Below, piece after piece: positions 16,430 through 28,221 of a stretch of DNA of 64,000 bases. The stretch's first letter is position 1. Every line of letters starts with the position of its first letter. Made by a program: the position numbers and the translations under genes. Under the pieces are notes generated by a model. That model was not told the origin of the DNA, did no database searches, and saw nothing but the letters and a program-made list of their open reading frames with translations. Source of the DNA: the human T2T-CHM13v2.0 reference genome, Homo sapiens; the NCBI RefSeq assembly GCF_009914755.1, contig NC_060925.1; one strand, 5' to 3'.

Positions 16430-17880
16430 TTTATTATCACCAACTCTTGCCAAAAACTATTAAAGACATTGGGGATAAAATAGAAAACAAAATAGACAGA
16501 AGTCCTTGTTGTTATTCAATTGACTGTAACCTATAGCCAATTGACTAGAGATATAATAAATAATATATGTAATATGTACATAAAACATACATAAAATATA
16601 GTTTTCAAGTCATCAACAATGTAAAAATAAAGACAGACAAAGGGTGGTATTTGAATGTAATGAGTGGTCAGGATAGGCTATAATGAGAGAATAACATTTA
16701 AGCAAAGACTTGGAGTGAAGAAGTAGCTAGCCTATGAGGTTATCTGGAGGAGAAACATTCCAGGGAAAGGAAACAGTCCAGACAAAGACTAAAAATTGAG
16801 CATATTTCGCTTGTTTCAGAAAGAACAAAGAAGCCAGTGTGGCTGGAAAATAATAGACAGTAATATGAAATAAAGGCAGAAAACAAATGGGAGACCAGGC
16901 CCCACTGGGAATTAGAGATCATTTAAGGAAACATTGACTTTTACTCCAGAAAATGAAGTAACATAAATAAAATCTAAGCAAAGGGAGGACATAATCTGAC
17001 TTAGGTTTTGTTCATATGGACCTCTGTTGTAAGCAGGCTTAGTGGAGGAGAAATAAAGGAGAAAACAAATATACCAGTAAAGAAACTATTACAGGTAACT
17101 AGATGAGAGATAATAGTGGTTTAGAACAAGATGGTAGCTACAGAAATGATGACAAGTGGCTAGATCCTGAATCTATTTTGAAGGTAAAGCCAACTAGGTT
17201 TCTGAAGACTTTTGGAGGAATAGCATACAAGAAGTGGAGTTTAAAATGATATTTGTGTGTGGTCTGAACAACTGGAAAAATGAATTTACATCTATTCAGG
17301 TGATGAAGACCATAAGAATATCAGATGTCTGATATTCTATACATTAAATTTGAGATGTCTATTATCTATCCAAGTGGAAAGGTAAATAAGTCAAACATAA
17401 AAATTTAGTTCTGGAAGATATTTGGGATTAAGATATACATTTAGGGAAAATCATCATGTTGATGATATTAAAAGCCTTGAGGCAGAAATTGATAACCAAA
17501 TGAGTGTACATAGAAAGAGAAATGAAGTCCAAGAACTGAGTTGTAAGCCATTGTAAGTTAGATCAAGAAAATTAAATGAAAACAAGCAAAAGGGATGTAG
17601 AAGTGACTAGTGAGGAAGAAAACTAACAACTATGATGACTAAAAGTAATAACAACAAAAAAGAGATTTATCCTTATCTTTAAGGGAAAGGGATGATCCGT
17701 TAAAGAAATGTTACCCAGAATTAACCATTAAATTTAATAATATAGAGATAAGTGCTAAAGATTCAAGAGTAATTTGGTGGAATGACAGAGACCAATGTCT
17801 GTTGCAAGCAGATTTGAGGAAGAATAGAGTGAGGGGATGTGAAAGCAAGGTAGTAGAGAGAAGGAAGCAAAAAGACACAT
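16430..17880 (-). mobile_element. L2 (L2a-like) fragment
   Basis: Purine-rich antisense L2 motifs (ACATTTAAGCAAAGACTTG; AAACATTCCAGGGAAAGGAAACAG; CTATTTTGAAGGTAAAGCCAAC; TTTGAGATGTCTATT). Confidence 0.8.
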
Positions 17881-18123
17881 ATTTAATTAAATTATCACTA
17901 TGGGCAATAAGAAAGGGCTCAATCTTATTAGGAAATTTAGAAGGTATTGTGTAACATCCTCTAGCATTATCCCAAGAAAAGGGCAGATAATGTGAAATAT
18001 GTATTTATTATTATTCATTTGTCATTGAGATATCAAGTTCAGGTACTTCCCATTTTCTTTGTGTGTGAGATGAACACTCAACCACTTTTGGGTGGAAGTC
18101 AGAAGGACAAAAATGTTCTCCTT

Positions 18124-18470
<347 letters not shown>

Positions 18471-19154
18471 TTAAAGGTGAGCGCTGGGATAATGTGGATT
18501 GGGCACCTGTATCATCTGCTATAATTTATGTTTCTTCCTTTAATATGAGATATTTGTCTACCAAAACTGTTTTAAGACACTTTGATAATAGATAAATGGA
18601 AAATAGAGAAAGTTTTTGTTACGTTTTTATTTGCCAGAACAGTAGTATAGTTATTCTGAAGGATGGAATGGGATAGGAGCTACTGAGTACTGAAAACAAA
18701 CAAACAAACAAAAAACCCTATGGAAATGTCAGGCCAGCGTCTTCATGTGAGAAAATATATAATAAATTAAGTCATTCAAGAAGTTAATATTTGCATATCT
18801 CCTTCCCAACACCAACTTTACAAAGCACTGTTTTATAAATTTAGCATTTGGAGCAAAAGGCTATTTCCATCCTATTTGTACAAATGAAAAAATTATGAGG
18901 TCTTAGTTAAGACATTTAATTCCAAGCAACAGGAGTCTACATAAGCTGGCTTAATTTAGGAGGCTGCACCTTCAGCTAGTCAGAATTATCACTATCACAA
19001 GGTCAAAAAATGCAGACAAATCTTATGAGAAACTAGAATCAGGAACTGAAAAGTCATCAGAGTCATATTTCCTCTCTCTTTCTCTCTATGAGTCTCTAAG
19101 TTTAACTAATTTATTTTTTTCAGCCTATTTTGGTTGTCTCTGCTTAAAAAATTT

Positions 19155-19670
19155 ATGAGTTTTTCTATTGTTACATAACAAATTACCACAAGCTTAGGGG
19201 CTTGAAACAACATTAACTTATTATTTCAGTGCATTCAGGGTCAGGAGTCTGGATACAGATACAGGCTAACTAGACTCTTTGTCAGGTCTTACAAGGCTAA
19301 AATCACAGTATCAGCTGGAGCGATAGTGTCATCTGAGGCTCAAGGTGTATTCCATGCTCATTGTTTGTTGCCGGAATTCAGTTCCTTGTGGTTTTAGAAG
19401 AAAAGGCAGCTGAATGTTTCGACATCAGCAGGAGAGCCTCTCTCATTCTTCTAAATTCTTATGTCAAGAAGGGCCAAGTCCCTTTTGGTCTTCACCTGAT
19501 TAGGCCAGGTCCACCCAGGATTATCACCCTTTTGATTAACTCACAGTTGATTGATTGTGAACCATAGCTACATCTGAGAAATCTCTCCTCCTTTCTCATA
19601 TATAATCATTGGCGATAAATCCATTATATTCACAGTCACTCAAGAAGAAGGGGCCATCACAAAATTCTAT
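19155..19670 (-). mobile_element. MLT1E/F-like LTR
   Basis: ATAACAAATTACCACAAGCTTAGGGGCTTGAAACAACA; CAAGGCTAAAATCACAGTATCAGCTGG; AGGCCAGGTCCACCCAGGATTATC. Confidence 0.75.
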
Positions 19671-21319
19671 CACTAGACATATTGCCAAATGAGGCCTGTA
19701 ATGTAAATTTTTGGGTTCTGATAAACATTAGCAGAGACTGACCATTTCAAATTTAATTATCACTTTCTAGGAGTATGATAGAATGATTGAGTTGGAGTCT
19801 AGTGAATAGTTATGCCTAATCATCTTTGAACTGTGGGATTGAGTAATATAAGCCTGATCATTGGATTGGTCAATATGGAGGGAATACACAGTGTGCAAAC
19901 ACTGTGGAGACAGAAGGACTGACTAGTGAGAAAGATAGAAAACCAAGAAACTGTGCTGACTTGAAAATCAAGTTAAAAGTTCTTTTCAAAGGAAGGGCAC
20001 AATGATCTGAGTGAAATCTTGCTTATGATGGACGATTAGATCTAGCAATATAGTTACATAAATAATAAATATTATAGTGATATAATCACTGTCTCTACTA
20101 CATCAAGAAACCCTTGACTGCCTGTAAATATACACAATCTCCTGCATTTAAACATGGTCACTTCTCCCATTTTAGAATTTTCTTTACTTAATCTTATTTA
20201 AATATATTCCTGCTGCCTGCTGTGAACTACTCACCATTCATGCATTCACCATAATCTAAATTGGTAATCAGACTTTGGTACGCATCACAATCACTTGGAA
20301 AACTTAAAAATGTGTGTGCGTGTGTGTGTGCTTGTGTGTGTAACCTCTACCCTAAACCTATTAAGACAGGATATAGAGGGATATAGAGGGTACCTGTTTT
20401 ATAACCATGTTTTCAGATTTTTAATTTGCATTGTAAATTTTGAGAATTTTTGATGTTTGCTGTACCTCAAAACCCAAAATATAAGGGAAGTAAAAACAAC
20501 CAAAGTGCATTAACAATTTCCATCTCAAAAAGCTGGAAAGGCTAAAATTGCTAGAATAGCAACACACATTGACCATTAGTTGAGACCATTTATATTCTAC
20601 AGGGAGACATATACAATGTAAAAAGTAATAGAGCCGGTGACTCTCATGAGCCTCATTGTGTCAGTACAACGGTTTTGGGGTAAATTTCATTGGTCAGAAA
20701 ATCTGGTTTCTTAGGATTCTGACAACTGTTTAAAAAAGTCTCTAACCAAATCTTTCTAAGGTCAGTGAAGAGGGTCAATAACACGAAGGGGTTTGTAGAT
20801 CGCGTTCGGCTAGTATTGATATCCATTGTACTCATAAACAAGGTCAGTAATAATGTGAATAGCCAAGATTCTCTGCTCTTTTGATTTGAATCAAACAAAG
20901 TGAGTGTTCGTTAATATCCGGGTTTCTTATGAGCTAAAATACACATAATACTTGCAAATTATTTTTGGTGTATTTAATAACCTTAGTCTAGAGTTCTATA
21001 GGAAAAACTATTAGCTAGACCAGAGTTAATATTTCATAATAGTTGGTAATATTTAGAGTGGTAGAATATGTTTCAATAATAAAATATGATTTAACCCACA
21101 TTCTATACTGAGAGTTCATTTTAGTTACAAAACGTGTTTTGGGGCCCATTGTTTCATGTTTCTACCACTTCTCATAATCATCCCCATGAAAATTTCTAAG
21201 GTTTTATTCATTTTCAAACAGGGAATCAACCTGCACCTTAGGCACAAATAGGAACAGATAATTTAGCCATCAAAATTCAGCAAGGAGCATATTTAATTTC
21301 TTAGTAGTGTTCAATACAG

Positions 21320-21550
21320 TCTAGTGGTTGAAAGCGTAACAGTTGTGATGTAAAGCAGAACTGGAATCTAATCCATCTATAACACTTTGGGAAAATTTAT
21401 TAACACTCTAGACCTCAATTCACTTAGACATATACAAGAATTGCTTTAAAAAAACTACTTTTTGAATTTTTGTGACAATTACATACAATAATGCATATGA
21501 ACTACTTAGCTCCCAGTAATTATGCATTAAAACTACCATTATTGTTATAA
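21320..21550 (+). mobile_element. MIR fragment
   Basis: TAGTGGTTGAAAGC...CTTTGGGAAAATTTATTAACACTCTAGACCTCAATT core pattern. Confidence 0.55.
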
Positions 21551-24500
21551 ATATTATCAATCTAATTAATTGGGATCTCAGTGGTTTCAGTGCATTGATC
21601 TGTTTTTCTCCCTTTCTCTCTATTTCCAGCCAAGGAGCTTTGGATTTTAGTTGTATTCTTTCCTACTATGGATTATTTATGGTCTAATCAGCACATTTTG
21701 ATTATCCGGCTTTTAAGCCTCTCCAACTGTTGCTTTATTAGGGAATATCATCTGGGTGCAAAAGGTAAGAGAAAATGATTTGGTTGATGCAAATATGTAG
21801 TCCGTTTTACATGCCAAGACAGACAAATTTTTACTCCCTCTACTCACCTTTCCGGTGTGTCTCTGAGGTATGTTACTTGCTATCTTCGGCTTTGGCAAAA
21901 ATTCTCAGTTAGCTGATTTGTTTGGAAGGAAGACTAAATCTAGCTTAAATGTAAAAGAGGAATTTATTATAACCTACAAAGACTAACTATAGAAAAGCAC
22001 TGTAACATACAGACCCTAGACTCTCTCTTTGGATTTGTATGCTTTTAGCTTCTATGTCTCTCTCTGTCCACTTCATTTTTCACTCTCTTTCTACCTAATA
22101 GTATTTACTTCGTATGCTCAGCCTACTCAGGATAAAGGCTCAGCAGCTATTTTTAAAGATCCAAAGTAAAATAGCTTAAAAACAAGAAGGCTTTCACCCT
22201 GCCTTTCAAATATAAAAGTCCCAAAGTGAACAGTTCATGTTGGCGATCATTGAAAGACTCAGATTCTTTTAAAATTTTAGTTTTTATATAGCCTCTGATA
22301 TTATCTTCTGCAATTCAGGCTGAACTATAGATAGTTTCTTTCAGCACCTTACAGTACATGGAGACGTGGGCTCACATAGTGCCTTAAAACCAAAGCAAAC
22401 ACATTCCAATGGTGAGAATTTAGTCTACGGACACTTCTGTTGCTGGGGAAGTTGGAAAATACGGTCTTTCTTTAGGCAGCCAAGTGAAGACCAGCACATT
22501 CTACCTCAATACTTGAGACTTCCAAAGGCTGTCTCAGCTCCTAAATTTATGCGCCCTAATTTGAAGAGGCCGGGAATATCAATTAATGTCTTTAAATCCC
22601 ATATTTAAGTTTTCAGGAGAGAGACTCTTAATGGAACACTTTGGGTCTCTTACTCTCTCTTGGTCCAAGAAGTTATGGACAGATGGCACGTGATATAAAC
22701 CAAACATGGTTATCAATATTCATAAATAAAGTCAAAAACTGGTCCAGAAGAGGGAGTTGTAGACTGAACAGATACAGCAATGATTAGTTACTACCTATGT
22801 ACTAGACATTTTAATTTTGCCAAGCTAACATATTCTGCACATCAAAAAAATAAAATAAAAAGAAAGAAACAGGATAACACAAACAGAAAGCTACAGACCA
22901 AACAAATTTTGTTGATAAAAATATTTTTACATAAAATACCAAAAAAAAAACCCACTGAATTTTGAAAGATCTTCAAGCAATAAAACACTGTGTTTAAGTA
23001 CAGTTCATTTTACAAATGTAAGGGTATTTTATTTAAGGATTCTTTTGATATAATTTATTCTGCCAATATGTCAATGTAGTGAAACTGTTATTTTTATCTT
23101 TAGATGGTAAAAAGGAATTCACATTAATTCAATACATATTTTCCTATTGAAAATCATAGCAATATAAATAGATGTACTTACTATTAGGAGATTATTAGAA
23201 TATCATATCTTAAAACTTCTCATTCATAAAAAATAAAAATAAAAATAAAAAAACTTCTCAGTCATTAATCATATTTGGTGATAGACAGTTTTTTTTTTTT
23301 TTCTAATGCCAAAAGTCCCATGATGCTAACTCATCATGATGCATGAGTTGGCTATAGGATTTCAGTCCGTGGTTCACTTTGCCAGGACATGAATGTCAGA
23401 TTCTCTGACTCCCTTCAATATTGTGAGACAGAGGGAGAGAAAATGAGACATTTTGTGTGTGTGTATATATAGAAACTTTTCTGGATTCTTATTTAACATG
23501 ACAAATGAAAATCTTTGATGTTGATAGTACCATGGTATCTATTATTAGGTATTTTGTTATTAGAAAACAAAAATAGAAAAAGTGAAATATTTTGCAATGT
23601 TTGGGTACTTCAGATATCTCACTGTATAAAAAATACAGAAGAAATTATTTAGAGTATTTTCAATTGAGAATTCTTCTTCTTTGATCTTTCACACTATCAA
23701 CTAATTCCATAATCAAATGGTGAATTTCATCACTTAGAAGTACTATCTAGATATATGACTGTTTTCAGAGAGATAGATCACCAAAAATAAAGTATAGCAT
23801 TCAGCTATTTACAGCATTATTTGTTCTTATGTAAAATTGAGTTACTGATTCTTATATCTATTAATAAATCAGTTTCATAGTCATGCAATCAAGGTTCAGT
23901 GAGTTTCTAATTCAGACTTGCAGACACATTAGACGTGAAATATGTTTAAATTTAAACAAACAGCCCTAGTCAAAACTTGCATTGCTACCTCCTATTAACC
24001 AAGAGATAAAATTTTCCCTTCTGCTATACAATACAACCTCTGATTCTGAACCCCATAGTACTACATCAAGAGAATAAGCATGCTTTGAATATATCTACTT
24101 TACTACAAAACAAGTTTTCTATTTCCTATACATGATTTTTGATATTTCTTTTGCTAGACATTAATTTAATACCTGTATTCTAATTGTTCATCTACATATT
24201 TATAAAGAGTTTAGCTGTGGAAAGTGTTGCCAAGAGCTGCCACCATCAGTTACTTCTAGGCTTGTAAATTATTGCTTATGCAAGCCTGCAGACAGATCAT
24301 CTTTATAGAGTCCTGATACAAGTGTGTACATGGGATGCTTAGTCATTATTATGTAACCATTGAGCAATGTAGCAAGATAATGCTGATGGCATAATCAATC
24401 CTATTTAGAATCCAAAAATGAGATCTAGTATTCTGACTTGATAAATGCAATTTTTGAAAACAAATGAGGTTATTTTGCTGGAGTTTCATGGTGACGTAAT

Positions 24501-25329
24501 TGGGGTATAAGAAGGTGCTTGCTAAACTCCTATTCTTTGCTTCCTACAGCCTAGCATGGTGTTACTCTGGAAGGCAGAATTTCATTACCACCAACTCCAG
24601 CACATCTCTATTTAGGAAGCCAGGGAAATGTGTCTCCCTCCATACCAAGCACCCCTCCACCTCCAGATGAATGTACACTAGTATCTTTAACTAGAAAATA
24701 ATTCATTTAAGCATATTTTAGTAAACTAGTTTATTTTACATCGATGTGTCATTGTTACCAAATATTAAACCCAGCCCTTGGTAGAACAAATTTACTAGCA
24801 CATTCTGATGCAAATAGTAGAAACTCAGTGAAAGGTTATTAAGAAAGTGAAGGATACATAATTACTATGCCTTTGAAAGGATCTTCATGATCTCAATGGA
24901 AAATTCACTAGCTTTATAAGTGTGTCTCTTTTTCAAGTATTTCCTACCACAATACATTTAGCACATCATTCTCTGGTTATTTTTCTTTAAATGATACATC
25001 TCCTATGGCACCATCTTGTCCACAACTTTGATGACTTGGTTGAGGAGAACAAACCTACTATTGTTTATTGAATTTTATGCTTGTTAACTTTAACTTTCAG
25101 AATATGTGGACTGAATATAAAAATGATTCAGTAAAAAATAAATTAAGGGACTCTTATTGATTAAGTGACAATTATGAGCACTTCCAACCACTCAGTGATT
25201 CATCTTAATAATAATTAAGGCAGATGAGAAAGCAATCTAATGGCAGAACTATTCAGGGTCCACAAAAAATTACATATTGCGGGTGTCTCTTACTGATTAT
25301 AGGGGCATGATTTTAAGTGAATTCCAATA

Positions 25330-26200
25330 AAAAGACAAATTCATTGAGTTTGGAAAAACTAGGAGAAGCAGGTTTCTGTGAAGACTAAGAAATAAGTGCT
25401 CCATATTGATCTTGTTAATCTTGAGCTGACTAGTTGAAAGCTGAACATGTGAAGCTGGAGCTCAGGGAAGAGGAAATCTAACATTTACATGTTGTTGTCA
25501 TCCATATATAGTTGGAATTTAATACCTATAGAGTGAAGTAGGCTCATAGGGAGAATGCTCAAATAGGGAAAAGAAATGAACTGAAAGCAAGGTTGGAGGT
25601 ATGGAAATTTCAGAGATTAGGAAAGGGATATATAGAAGACAAAAACCACAAAAGACTGTGTTTTTTTAAAAAAAGATAATTAGGAGAGAGCATTGTCATA
25701 GAATGCAAATAAAGAAAGTATATCAAGAAGGAGGAATTGATCAAAAGTGCCAAATGCTTCATAGAGAAATTGAATTACACAAAGATAACTGCATTCGAAA
25801 AGATGGAAGATGCTGATGACCTTAACCTGAGTAAATTTAGTGTATCAGTAGGATAAGAATTGGGTTAAAGTGAAAATAGAATCTAAGGAAACAAACTCTA
25901 TGAGTTCAGACAAATCTTCCAAAAAAGTTTTATAATAAACAAAAGGTACTAGGTAAGGGGAAGATGTAGAAAAAGTCATATGAGGGTAATACTTTGTCAC
26001 TGTTTTGTGTTCTAAATAGTTGTTTGTTTTAAGCTGGAAATTATAACAGCATATATGCATGTTGATAAAAAATAATTTAGTAGAGAGGAAATATTGATGA
26101 TGCAGAGGAAATACAAATGCCTTGAGTAGGCAAGAGCTTATGAGATCTAGAGCACATTTGAGGAAAAGTGTGGTCTGAGGTAGGGCCAGAAACATTCACT
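25330..26200 (-). mobile_element. L2 fragment
   Basis: Degenerate antisense L2 motifs (CAAATGCTTCATAGAG; GCTGATGACCTTAAC; CCTTGAGTAGGCAAGAG...GAGATCTAGAGCACA). Confidence 0.6.
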
Positions 26201-26288
26201 GGTGGTTAAAAAAAAAAAAAAAATTAAGCACAGAATATTTATATGCAAACAGGCTTCTAAGAAAATGAGAAAGTTTCTTCATGTTCTA

Positions 26289-26410
26289 CAGTTGACCCTT
26301 GAACAATATGGGGGTCAGGGGTGCCAACATTCTGCACAGTCAAAAATCCTCATGTAACTTTCAATTCAGCAAAAATTATAATGGCTAATACCCTATCGTT
26401 GACCAGAAGC
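26289..26410 (+). mobile_element. TcMar-Tigger2-family DNA transposon, left end
   Basis: TA|CAGTTGACCCTTGAACAA terminal repeat followed by GGGGGTCAGGGGTGCCAAC...GTTGACCAGAAGC. Confidence 0.8.
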
Positions 26411-26545
26411 AGATACTTGTTACAATGATGGATCTTGGAATCTAAGCTGGTCAGAAAAAACAAACAAACAAACAAAAACAAGAACATGGGATGTTAGTGA
26501 CTAGAGAAAGGATGAATAGTTGCAGAAGGGTAGTTTTGAGAATAG

Positions 26546-26896
<351 letters not shown>

Positions 26897-27712
26897 TGAG
26901 GGAATATTGAGCTAAAAAGATAATGGAGGATAGGCAATCAGAGGGTGTAAAGGAAGGTTTTGAATGAGGATCTGCTATAGATACCAACAAAATTAGGGAT
27001 CATGGCTGAAAAGTAATGGATGAAAATGTCATTGAAACCTATTATGTCAGGGCCTAAAAGCCTCAGTAGTTGGATGGCTCATACTGAGCTTTAAAATTAG
27101 GCAATATTCACAACAGTGAAGGAATGATGAAAATGGGCCAACAAGTGACTTAAGATCTAGCTTATATTAGTTACATAAGAAAAAGACAGATGAGGGCAAT
27201 ATAGACTTAGAACATATTGGAATTCTACTACATCAAGTTTATACAAACAATATAATATTAATAGATTAAGGGAGAAAAATAATATCTCAATAAATGTTGA
27301 AAAGGCATTTTATAGAATAATACATTAAAATATATAAATATAATATACATGTATACAATCCTTATATAAACTATTATGATCCCTTAACTTTACTGTAGAC
27401 CACATAGCTGAGGCAATTAGAATGAAATGAGGTATAAGTATTGGAAAAAGGGCAAAATTGCATACTTTCAAATTTCATTATATATTAGTAAATTTGGAGG
27501 ATAAATTAGGTAATTTTCATTGTCTCTTTCAGGGTTAACATCTCCAATGCCTTGCTGCTTCTTCTGTAGGACCTTGAAGAGGTAAGGTTTAAGAATCCCT
27601 GAAATACAGCATGCTTTCTGCTTCCCAATCTTTGCATCATCAAGGGAATATGCATTGACTAGAAGAACCAAATAAAAACACTTATGATTATTTAGGATCT
27701 TTATATGTATCA

Positions 27713-28134
27713 TGATATAGTTGGGACCTGTGTCCCAACCAAATCTCATATTGAATTCTGATTCCCACAGTTGGAGGTAAGACCTGGTGGGAGGTGATTG
27801 AATCATGCATGTGGAGTCCTCATGAATGGTTTAACACTATTCCCGCCTGGTACTGTCATCTTGATAGTGAGTTCTCTTGAGATCTGGTTGTTTAAAACTA
27901 TGCGGCACCTCCCCTCTCTCTTTCCTTCTGTTCTGGCCATATAAGACAAGCCTGCTTCCTCTTTACCTTCTGACATAATTTTAAGCTTCCTGAAGCCTCC
28001 CCAGAAGCCAAGCAGATGCCAGCAACATGCTTCCTATACAGTCTGCAAAACCATGAGCCAATTAAATCTCTTTTCTTTATAAATTACCTAGTTTAAGGTA
28101 TTACTTTATAGTAGTGAAAGAATGGATTAATACA
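27713..28134 (+). mobile_element. MSTA solo LTR
   Basis: TGATATAGTT...ATTAATACA termini; 5-bp TSD TATCA/TACCA. Confidence 0.92.
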
Positions 28135-28221
28135 TACCAATATTAACCCTCCTTACAAAGAATCTCTTTTGCTTTATTACTTTTTGATACTATATTGCAT
28201 GCACATATCAATATTGTTTTC

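Noticed and set aside
20369-20390. GGATATAGAG(G) tandem duplicate
   Set aside because: An ordinary 11-bp slippage duplication.
20653-20898. 81-aa ORF as an endogenous viral element
   Set aside because: Non-ATG start, no recognisable similarity, and the other frames I checked closed quickly.
27795-27806. TGATTGAATCA as a DUX4 site in the MSTA LTR
   Set aside because: One mismatch from the preferred motif and near-generic to the family, so it is not locus-specific evidence.
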